A stretch of 54,548 bases of DNA. It comes from Chloroflexota bacterium. GTDB lineage: Bacteria > Chloroflexota > Anaerolineae > Aggregatilineales > J027. The DNA lies in contig JAADYW010000014.1 in the NCBI GenBank assembly GCA_010092845.1, positions 1-54,548 of the forward strand, given 5' to 3'. Below the pieces are notes generated by a model. The model ran no database searches and had not been told where the DNA came from. It saw nothing but the letters and a program-made list of their open reading frames with translations. Position numbers and translations under genes: made by a program. Shown here piece after piece: positions 46,739 through 54,548 of this stretch; position 1 is the first letter of the stretch; the number at the start of each line of letters is the position of its first letter.

Positions 46739-49132
46739 TTGGATAACAAGATCGAGACGATCGAGGAAGCACGACGCCGAACTGCTGCCAGTCTGGGACC
46801 ATTGTTTCAGTCAACTAACGAGCTCACTCATCTGTCGCTGAAAGATATAACGGAGCTTGCCGATGAGGTAGCACGCGTCTTGCCAGCGGGAAATGTCGTC
46901 AAGATGGTCTTCTCGCAGCTTCGGTCGATCAAAGGGCGCCGTATCCCCGCCGATGAATCACGGCGGCTGCTGGGTTTATTGCACCAGGGCATTGCGACGT
47001 TATTGGATCGTGCCACCTACATGGCCTTCTACACGACCCCAGCGCTGCTGATTTCCGGATACCAGTTGTTGCTTCAGGCGGCTGGCAAGGACCCGCAAGC
47101 TGCCTTCACAGATGGAACCTGGCAATTCTACCTTGAATTTGGCCTGCGCGCTGATACGGCACGCCATGCGTGTGAAACGACTGGTTTCCATCAACAGATC
47201 GCCCGCGCTGGTTGGCAGCTCTCAGAAATGGACCAATTGGCTGCCTGGATTATGGCGGCGAGTTGGTTAGTCGCCAGTTATCCTAGCCTGCTGGCCCACG
47301 AATGGTACGAGCACATGCAGCTCAAGCGTCTGGGGGACCGCCTTGGCGATTCTCGCATGTTGAAGCAGTGGGTGAAGCAGCGTCCCTACCACGTGCCTGG
47401 GCACCGTTCTGATGGCTATATCCGTTATCGCCGTGAGGTATTTGCCACTTTCGTCTATGATGTATTGTCGGGCGATTTGCCCGCCCACGAGGTTGACGAG
47501 ACCTTGAACTTCTGGCATCAAGAGGTGACGCTGGATAATGCGGCCCGGGCCGCGTATCAGACCCAGATGTCGCTTCAAATGGCGCTGACGCCTGAACCGT
47601 ACTTCGACCGGCGTGACCCCATCCCCCTCGAAGCCTGCACCATCGCTGTAGCCTGGAATGGAGAGTATTACCTTGTCCCTATCTTCCACAATGGGGCACG
47701 TCTCAATCAGCAAACGGTGCGTGCCATGGCCTCGACGATCCTGGCGAATGGGCCAGCCCGTGTGCCGACGCCAGTCGATACGCTTCTGGTGCATGTGCCG
47801 CGTTCCCAGCAGGCCACTGTCCGCAACTCGTTGCCCGCGGGAATGCTGGAGACGCTACGTACTGCACCGATTATCATCAATTGGAATACTGCGGATGCCG
47901 CATTACCCCTTGCCGAAATCCGGCGTGGGCGCCGTGGCATCGGTGATCATGCTTTGACCCTGTTCCGCACCGACCAGAGCATAGTTTTCGATCAGTCGCA
48001 TATTTTCTTCGACGCCATTTGGGGTATGGCTATCGCTGAAATCCTGACGGGGCAAGCGATCCGGCATGCAGGTGAAATGAAGGATCTGGCGCCGATTCGC
48101 GATTCACATGTTCGCGCCCGCCCGGTGAATATGGCGCTGCCATCGCCAGTGATCGAGAAAATTCGGCGGCAGACTGAGCCCACCATCGAGGTCGCGGCCG
48201 AGACAGAAACACGCATCCTCGAGGAGATCAATTACGTAAGGCGCCTGCTGAAACGCCGGAACTCCGAGCTCGATCTCACCTTCAACGATTTGCTCGTATT
48301 GTATCGGTCAATGCATAATCAGCTTTATCGGCCAGCGAAATCCCTCATGCAATCGCTAAAGATGCTGGCCATGGCCGGCCGGCGCCAGGAAGCGGTTGTC
48401 GACAATGTGCGGGTGATGCTGGACAATCTGCTACGGGAAAGCCCGGCATTCCTGATTCCTATTGACGCCACTACGATCAATCCCCGCGCCCGGATATTCC
48501 CTGTGACGTTTTCCCCTCAACCTCCCTGGACGACGATCGCGCCCCAACACGAGCAAACCTGGGCCCGCCTTGATCTCTATCGAGAGCAACCTACGGATGC
48601 CAACTGGAAAGCCTTCAGTGAGGCCCGGAGCTACTATCTCGGGATGCTTCGGTTGTTTGGTGCTCTGATGCAGCGCTACAAGGATCTCGCTCTCGAAGGC
48701 AAGAGCATCAGCACAATTTCGCTCGAGTTTCTGGGCAGTGTGCCCCGGCGCTTGCAGCCATTGCTGCGTGACCTGCCTGATCATATAGATTTGCTGAACG
48801 ATATGCTGAAGGGCACTGAGGTCTTCAGCAATGTGGGCCACGTAGCGTCGACCTCTTCTCTCAAACGTTTCATCACGGCCAAGGACGATAATCGGAAGAA
48901 GGAACTCTGTTGGGGGGTTATGACCCGCGCAGATGGTACAACCGCGATCTCCTTGCGGGATTTCAGGCCACAAGTGACAGCCCTGGTTGACATCAACGCA
49001 TCCGATATCGCCCTGATGATTACCCGCGATTTCCTGGAAAGTTATGCCTATGGCCTACGCCAGTATGTTCTTGAGCTTACCGAAATGGCCGGTATGCGTA
49101 AACAGCGAGGTGGCAACCGTAATGAGCTTTGA
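46739..49132 (+). CDS. Large hypothetical protein with a possible CoA-dependent acyltransferase (HxxxD) fold
   Basis: 797-aa ORF with the segment GDHALTLFRTDQSIVFDQSHIFFDAIWG; it overlaps the purB start. Confidence 0.7.
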   Translation: MDNKIETIEEARRRTAASLGPLFQSTNELTHLSLKDITELADEVARVLPAGNVVKMVFSQLRSIKGRRIPADESRRLLGLLHQGIATLLDRATYMAFYTTPALLISGYQLLLQAAGKDPQAAFTDGTWQFYLEFGLRADTARHACETTGFHQQIARAGWQLSEMDQLAAWIMAASWLVASYPSLLAHEWYEHMQLKRLGDRLGDSRMLKQWVKQRPYHVPGHRSDGYIRYRREVFATFVYDVLSGDLPAHEVDETLNFWHQEVTLDNAARAAYQTQMSLQMALTPEPYFDRRDPIPLEACTIAVAWNGEYYLVPIFHNGARLNQQTVRAMASTILANGPARVPTPVDTLLVHVPRSQQATVRNSLPAGMLETLRTAPIIINWNTADAALPLAEIRRGRRGIGDHALTLFRTDQSIVFDQSHIFFDAIWGMAIAEILTGQAIRHAGEMKDLAPIRDSHVRARPVNMALPSPVIEKIRRQTEPTIEVAAETETRILEEINYVRRLLKRRNSELDLTFNDLLVLYRSMHNQLYRPAKSLMQSLKMLAMAGRRQEAVVDNVRVMLDNLLRESPAFLIPIDATTINPRARIFPVTFSPQPPWTTIAPQHEQTWARLDLYREQPTDANWKAFSEARSYYLGMLRLFGALMQRYKDLALEGKSISTISLEFLGSVPRRLQPLLRDLPDHIDLLNDMLKGTEVFSNVGHVASTSSLKRFITAKDDNRKKELCWGVMTRADGTTAISLRDFRPQVTALVDINASDIALMITRDFLESYAYGLRQYVLELTEMAGMRKQRGGNRNEL

Positions 49133-50522
49133 CTTCGACACCTATCTTTCCACTTTCACCTGGCGCTATGGCTCCACCGAGATGCGCGAGATATGGAGTG
49201 AGACCTATAAGCGAAAGCTTTGGCGGCGTTTGTGGGTGGCCCTGGCCCGCGCCCAGCAAAGGGCCGGGCTGGTGAGGCAAGCTCAAGTCGATGAACTTGA
49301 AGCACATAAGGGCGAAATCGACGTCGCAGCCGCCCACGCCATCGAAGCGCAGATCCATCACGACTTGATGGCTGAGGTACGCGTGTTCGCGGAGCAATGC
49401 CCAAATGCGGGTGGCATTATTCACCTGGGTGCAACCAGTATGGATATCGAGGACAACGCCGACGCCATGCGCTTGCGAGATGCCCTCGACTATGTTATCG
49501 CTGGGCTACGTGGTTTGCTGGCCATTTTCTGCGACCAGATTGAACAACATGCCAATCTGGCATGTATGGGCCATACCCATATCCAACCGGCTGAACCAAC
49601 AACGGTCGGTTTCCGCCTGGCACAGTACGCGCAGGACCTGCACACCGATCTGCTGATGTTGCACCATATTCGCGCGGGGATCCGTGGCAAGGGTTTCCGC
49701 GGAGCTGTGGGCACTGCTGCCTCCTATCACGAGCTGCTCAGCGGCACAGGTCTCACTCCGCAGATGATGGAACAGCAGATCATGGCGGAAATCGGTCTTG
49801 AGGCTTTTGATGTAACCACGCAGACCTATCCGCGCAAGCAGGATTGGCATGTGTTGAACGCGCTAGCCGGATTGGCAGGTAGTATCTATAAGTTCTCGCT
49901 GGACTTGCGTATCCTGCAGGCGCCGCCTTACGGAGAATGGGCGGAACCCTTTGGTAAGAAGCAGGTCGGCTCTTCAGCAATGCCCTTCAAGCGCAATCCG
50001 ATTCGCGCTGAGCGCTTGAGTAGCCTGGGACGGCTGGCGATTGCATGGCCACATGTGGCATGGGACAATGCTGCCCACTCAATGCTTGAACGGACGTTGG
50101 ATGACTCGGCCAATCGCCGCACGATATTGCCGCAAAGCTTTCTCCTCGTGGATGAGATGTTGCGTCTGGCAACACGTATTGTCAAGGATTTGCGCCTGGA
50201 TACAGATGCAATTGGTCACAATCTTGAACGCTATGGTATCTTTAGTGCGGTTGAACGGGTCCTGATGGCTCTCGGGCGAGCGGGAGCAGATCGCCAAGCC
50301 ATGCACGAAATCCTGCGAGAGCACTCGATGGCGGCCTGGGAGGCGGTCTCGACGGGGCAGCCTAATCCCCTGGTACAGCGCCTATCGAGTGATGATCGGC
50401 TGCTGGCTTATCTCTCAGGCGCTGAGATTGTGTCCCTTTTGGACGCAAGTGAATATACAGGCGACGCTGCTCATCGCGCGCGCCAGTTGGTTGAACTTAT
50501 ACGCACAACACTACAGGTTTGA
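49122..50522 (+). CDS. purB: Adenylosuccinate lyase
   Basis: RYGSTEM, HHDLMA, IHLGATS, GHTHIQPAEPTTVG, signature QVGSSAMPFKRNP and ERTLDDSA. Confidence 0.95.
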   Translation: MSFDFDTYLSTFTWRYGSTEMREIWSETYKRKLWRRLWVALARAQQRAGLVRQAQVDELEAHKGEIDVAAAHAIEAQIHHDLMAEVRVFAEQCPNAGGIIHLGATSMDIEDNADAMRLRDALDYVIAGLRGLLAIFCDQIEQHANLACMGHTHIQPAEPTTVGFRLAQYAQDLHTDLLMLHHIRAGIRGKGFRGAVGTAASYHELLSGTGLTPQMMEQQIMAEIGLEAFDVTTQTYPRKQDWHVLNALAGLAGSIYKFSLDLRILQAPPYGEWAEPFGKKQVGSSAMPFKRNPIRAERLSSLGRLAIAWPHVAWDNAAHSMLERTLDDSANRRTILPQSFLLVDEMLRLATRIVKDLRLDTDAIGHNLERYGIFSAVERVLMALGRAGADRQAMHEILREHSMAAWEAVSTGQPNPLVQRLSSDDRLLAYLSGAEIVSLLDASEYTGDAAHRARQLVELIRTTLQV

Positions 50523-50546
50523 TCGTTGGTTTATGGAGGAAACAAG

Positions 50547-51884
50547 ATGCTGAAGTTACATCATTTTGCTGTGATCCTATCGGTCGTGGGCCTTATGCTC
50601 CTGCTGCCGGTTATTGCGCAGGGCCAGGGCGGGGGCGAGGACGATCCAGTTGCACCACCTGATGATGTACGGCTGCCCCTGGTAGAACTTGTCTACACTG
50701 CCGATTTCACCGATGAAGCCGCTTGGCCTTCCGGTCAGACATCGGATGGATCGATGGGTTTCAATCTCACGCCAGAAGGCTACTCGATTGCCAGCCTGGA
50801 TCCAGAGGGCGGGATTGGCGTCGCTAATCCTATCGATCTCGTTATTGATGATTTCTACGCGGAGATTGCCTTCACGGTCGATACCTGCAATAGCCCGGAT
50901 AGCGCGTTTCTCTTCTTCACCCGCTTTGGGTCCAGCACGCTAGACCCCGATGCCCCGGCTTCCTATGTGTTCGTAATCCAGTGTAGTGGTGACTACCGGT
51001 CGCGGGGACTTGATGCTGGAGAAATCCTGCCGGTAACGGTCAGCGGCCAGACAATGGCGCTGGAAGAAGGCCAGGAAGTTGTCATGGGCGTGTTGTTTGT
51101 TGGGGATCAAGTGGTGTGGTTCTTGAATGGGGAAGAGCTCGAAAGCTTCGCCATTGGCGATGCCGCATTGCCCGAGGGTTCCTTGACTGCCGGCGCACAG
51201 CTTGGTTTTGGCTACACCGTGACCGATTGGCGTGTTTGGAGCCTTAAGTCAACGGGATCGGCTGCCGATACTGCTTCGCAACCGACGCAATCTCCCCCTA
51301 GCGATGGCGATCCCCTCAACCAGCAAGGACCAGGTGACATTGTCTACCAGCCGGACTTCAATCCGCCAACCAGCCTTGATTACGGCTTGCATAATCCGGT
51401 TGCAGCTTATATTTCCGGAGACAACCTGACGCTCTATAACACTGAGCCGCTGGCCGTCTGGCCATTAAGGGGCCTCGATGCTAGCGAATATTACCTCGAG
51501 GTCCCCATCGCAGTCCGCGACTGTGAGGATACATCGTCGGTTGGTTTTGCTTTCAACGCGGCTGATGATTACAGTAGCTATTTCGCTTACCAGGTGCAAT
51601 GCGACGGCCAATATCGTGTAATCCGCGTTGAAGATGGTACCGTCGTCGAGGAATTGGCCTCTGGGGAAACTGGTATGGACCTGCGGGACTTTTCGCGAGG
51701 CCTGGTGCTGGGACTCTATCTGCAGGGGGACACTGCCTGGCTGTATCTGGACAACCAGCTTCAGGGATCGTTTACCGACTCGCGGCTAGCTGGTGGAGAG
51801 GCGGGTCTTTTGCTGGCCTCTGGCGAGAACAGTCGACGGATGGACGTTCTGGTCTTTAATATTGCCGCCTTTGACATTCGGTAG
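50547..51884 (+). CDS. Secreted acidic protein with two tandem beta-sandwich (concanavalin/DUF1080-like) domains
   Basis: GGAGG RBS and a signal peptide. There are two similar halves (LVYTADF...DTC...YVFVIQCSGDYR / IVYQPDF...RDC...FAYQVQCDGQYR) joined by an S/T/P/Q linker. Confidence 0.72.
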   Translation: MLKLHHFAVILSVVGLMLLLPVIAQGQGGGEDDPVAPPDDVRLPLVELVYTADFTDEAAWPSGQTSDGSMGFNLTPEGYSIASLDPEGGIGVANPIDLVIDDFYAEIAFTVDTCNSPDSAFLFFTRFGSSTLDPDAPASYVFVIQCSGDYRSRGLDAGEILPVTVSGQTMALEEGQEVVMGVLFVGDQVVWFLNGEELESFAIGDAALPEGSLTAGAQLGFGYTVTDWRVWSLKSTGSAADTASQPTQSPPSDGDPLNQQGPGDIVYQPDFNPPTSLDYGLHNPVAAYISGDNLTLYNTEPLAVWPLRGLDASEYYLEVPIAVRDCEDTSSVGFAFNAADDYSSYFAYQVQCDGQYRVIRVEDGTVVEELASGETGMDLRDFSRGLVLGLYLQGDTAWLYLDNQLQGSFTDSRLAGGEAGLLLASGENSRRMDVLVFNIAAFDIR

Positions 51885-51961
51885 TGTGCGCTTGCAGGCT
51901 CAACTGGCTGTGTAATGCTTAGTTGGTGCTAGACGCTATTCATTGAACTGAGAAGTGCTTT

Positions 51962-53503
51962 ATGCCACGTGCATTGTTTAGTGTTTCGGACAAGACAGGT
52001 CTGACGCCTTTTGCCGAGGCGTTGGCACGCATTGGCTGGGATATCGTTGCTACCGGGCGAACCGCCACGACATTGCAGGATGCAGGAATCACGGTGACGC
52101 CAGTTGAGCAGCTCACGGGCTTCCCTGAGATGTTGGGTGGTCGCGTCAAGACGTTGCATCCTGCTGTTCACGCAGCTATTCTGGCCCGTGATCATAGCCG
52201 CGACATTGCCGAGTTACAGGAATCCGGCTATGCTCCCATTGATCTGGTCGTGTGCAATCTCTATCCCTTTCAGCAGACAATCGCCGCGCCTGATGTCAGT
52301 CTCAACGAGGCAATTGAGCAGATCGATATTGGCGGTGTTGCCATGATCCGCGCGGCGGCCAAGAACTTCGAGCGAGTCGGTGTTTTGGTTGATCCCGCTG
52401 ATTATCCGGCTGTTCAGGATGTGCTGATTGCAGACGGCAAACTGCCACCTGCCACGCGTCGTCAGCTTGCGATCAAGGCCTTTGCCCATACTCGTGATTA
52501 CGATACAGCAATTCACGGCTATCTTGCGGATGAGAATATCCTGGTTGAGGATCGACCGGAATTGCCAAAGACCTTTACGCTGGGAATGGCCGAGGTTCAA
52601 CCGTTGCGTTATGGCGAGAACCCACACCAGCAGGCAGGTCTGTATGCTCTCCGGGCGGCGACTGGTCCCCTGGGGGGAAGGCTGCTGCGCGGCAAGCCCC
52701 TCTCCTATAACAACCTGTTGGATGCAGATGCGGCCTGGCGTGCCGTCGCGTCTTTCGATGAGGAAGCTGCGGTGGTCATTGTCAAACACTTGAACCCGAC
52801 AGGGATTGCAGTGGCCACGACCCTGGCTGAGGCTGCCCCGGCGGCCATTGCCAGTGATCCGGTGTCAGCTTTCGGGGGCGTAGTCGCCGTGAATCGTGTG
52901 GTTGAGACGGACTTTGTGCACGCGCTGGGCAATCTTTTTGTCGAAGTCATCATTGCACCGGATTTCGCGGAAGCAGCCTCGAATCTTCTGGCAGAGGGTC
53001 GCAAGAACTGTCGCCTGCTGATGATACCAAACGCCAAGACTGCACCACATCTAGAATTCCGGACGATACGCCATGGCGTTCTGGTGCAGCAACGCGACTC
53101 AGGCGATCCTGCTGATGTGCAATGGGAGGTGGTGACGCGACGGCATCCAACGGAGCTTGAGGTCGTCGCTCTGAAATTTGCCTGGCGTGCGGTCCAACAT
53201 GTCAAGAGCAATGCCATTGTCCTGGCGGGGTCGAGCGCGACTGTTGGTATCGGCGGGGGCTTGCCGAGCCGCGTCGATGCGGTCCGGCTGGCGGTCCAGA
53301 AAGCTGGTGACGCGGCGCAGGGGGCCGTTCTGGCCTCGGATGCGTTTTTCCCGTTCCCGGATGGTGTCGAAGTTGCCGCCCAAGCAGGGGTATCTGCCCT
53401 GATCCAACCTGGCGGCTCCATTCGGGATCAACAGGTGATCGAAGCCGCCGATGCGGCGGAAGTGGCAATGGTGTTTACCAAGACCCGCCATTTCCGCCAC
53501 TAG
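51962..53503 (+). CDS. purH: Bifunctional AICAR formyltransferase / IMP cyclohydrolase
   Basis: RALFSVSDKTG, GGRVKTLHP, IDIGG, LRYGENPHQ, KSNAI, SDAFFPF and RHFRH motifs. Confidence 0.97.
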   Translation: MPRALFSVSDKTGLTPFAEALARIGWDIVATGRTATTLQDAGITVTPVEQLTGFPEMLGGRVKTLHPAVHAAILARDHSRDIAELQESGYAPIDLVVCNLYPFQQTIAAPDVSLNEAIEQIDIGGVAMIRAAAKNFERVGVLVDPADYPAVQDVLIADGKLPPATRRQLAIKAFAHTRDYDTAIHGYLADENILVEDRPELPKTFTLGMAEVQPLRYGENPHQQAGLYALRAATGPLGGRLLRGKPLSYNNLLDADAAWRAVASFDEEAAVVIVKHLNPTGIAVATTLAEAAPAAIASDPVSAFGGVVAVNRVVETDFVHALGNLFVEVIIAPDFAEAASNLLAEGRKNCRLLMIPNAKTAPHLEFRTIRHGVLVQQRDSGDPADVQWEVVTRRHPTELEVVALKFAWRAVQHVKSNAIVLAGSSATVGIGGGLPSRVDAVRLAVQKAGDAAQGAVLASDAFFPFPDGVEVAAQAGVSALIQPGGSIRDQQVIEAADAAEVAMVFTKTRHFRH

Positions 53504-53641
53504 GGTCGCTGGTTGGTACCGGAAAGGGCAGTGGCGGCGTAAGAATTGGGTAAGAACATCCTGGGGCAGCGCAATGTCTTTGATGCTGATTGCGTCAAGA
53601 TTCTATGCTTATTCGTGTTGATGATGTAGAAAGTGACTGTA

Positions 53642-54079
53642 ATGGCAGATCATACTGCGAAGATTGCCTGGAAAGAAAGCATGACATTTGATGCCGTTTC
53701 TGATGAGAAGACCCACCTCAATTTCCCCTTGAGTTCTTCTCACTTTGACGAGGCCGAAGGCGACAAGGGCCTGTCGCCGATGGGCCTGGTGCTGGTAGGA
53801 CTTGCTGGCTGCACTGGAATGGATGTGGTGAGCATTCTGCGTAAGAAGCGTCAGGAGATCAGCTTCTTTGAGATTGAAGTTGAGGGTGATCAGGATGACT
53901 CCCACCCACGCGTTTACCGGAACGTCACGATTGTCTACCGTATTGCAGGCCCGGATCTGGATGAACAGGCGGTGGCACGTGCGATCGAGCTCTCTATGAC
54001 CAAATACTGTCCCGTGAGTGGTATGCTACGCGAGGTGGGTGAAATCAACTATCGCTACGAGATGGTGAATGCCGACTAG
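53642..54079 (+). CDS. OsmC/YhfA family protein
   Basis: SPMGLVLVGLAGCTGMDV and KYCPV Cys pair. Confidence 0.9.
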   Translation: MADHTAKIAWKESMTFDAVSDEKTHLNFPLSSSHFDEAEGDKGLSPMGLVLVGLAGCTGMDVVSILRKKRQEISFFEIEVEGDQDDSHPRVYRNVTIVYRIAGPDLDEQAVARAIELSMTKYCPVSGMLREVGEINYRYEMVNAD

Positions 54080-54099
54080 ACTTAGGAGATTTTAATGCC

Positions 54100-54124
54100 G
54101 GATGTGGTCAGGAAGGCCACATCC
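54100..54124 (+). terminator. Stem-loop after the OsmC gene
   Basis: Stem ggatgtgg / ccacatcc; the T-tract is short. Confidence 0.45.
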
Positions 54125-54163
54125 ATTTGCATCGTTTAGAACTTTCAGAATATTATGAATATA

Positions 54164-54192
54164 TTGACGGTTGCAGTGCTATTCAGTATACT
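54164..54192 (+). promoter_or_regulatory. Sigma-70 promoter TTGACG-N17-TATACT with an AT-rich upstream element
   Basis: Near-consensus -35 and -10 with 17-nt spacing, about 80 nt before the ATG at 54274. Confidence 0.7.
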
Positions 54193-54273
54193 GAAAACAA
54201 GTTCAGCAATTCACAAAGCTATGAGCAACTGCGCAAACAGAGGCGTTGCCCTTCTGAAAGGAACCACATACTT

Positions 54274-54548
54274 ATGACCGTATCCCGCGATGCTGTAGCC
54301 AAACCGTCACTTTCCTGGATGGAAAGCGTCCGCGCTGATCTAGTGCAGGTGACGGAGAAGATGCGGGCTGCCTCATTTCTCGACAATGACCTGATTGATG
54401 CAGCGCTGACTATGATTCTGGCATCAGGGGGCAAACGGATGCGTCCGTCGATTACGCTTCTGGTGGGTCGCGCGGTTGATACGCCCTACAGCAAGTTAAT
54501 GTCTGTGGCAGCATCGGTTGAGCTACTACATACTGCAACGTTGGTGCA
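54274..54548 (+). CDS. Polyprenyl diphosphate synthase (partial, runs off the window)
   Basis: Manual translation MTVSRDAV...ASGGKRMRP...AASVELLHTATLV matches the trans-prenyltransferase N-terminus; AAAGGA RBS. Confidence 0.9.
   Translation, partial: MTVSRDAVAKPSLSWMESVRADLVQVTEKMRAASFLDNDLIDAALTMILASGGKRMRPSITLLVGRAVDTPYSKLMSVAASVELLHTATLV

Noticed and set aside
51885-51961. Possible ZTP riboswitch upstream of purH
   Set aside because: The gap is short and I could not find the conserved ZTP aptamer elements.
54100-54124. GGTCAGG-AAGG resembling the SRP RNA conserved loop
   Set aside because: It lacks the CCGGAAGGAAGCAGC element and the long SRP stem; it is a simple short hairpin.

Overview
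A gene-dense bacterial chromosome segment of moderately high GC. Gene content and protein style suggest Chloroflexota (Anaerolineae-like), which is an inference. Housekeeping genes include moaC (partial), ftsY, prfB with a programmed +1 frameshift, rseP, acyP, radC, lepA, cinA, yraN, miaA, malQ, hutH-hutU, cobB, purB, purH and a partial polyprenyl synthase. Accessory modules include a persulfide-dioxygenase/rhodanese/SulP sulfur cluster, a peptide ABC system lacking its ATPases, a secreted nuclease, an Mrr-type endonuclease with two HARE-HTH domains, an MshA-like glycosyltransferase and several hypothetical proteins. I saw no rRNA, tRNA, CRISPR array, transposase or integrase. The most notable locus is at 10.5-13.9 kb. 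A BldN-like ECF sigma factor and its membrane anti-sigma are transcribed divergently from a secreted thrombospondin-3-repeat protein. Both directions carry the same CGTAWC-N16-CGGTAT promoter motif. The secreted protein and the anti-sigma ectodomain share two homologous domains and Gly/Asn/Pro repeat tails. Family assignments come from motif recognition, not database searches.
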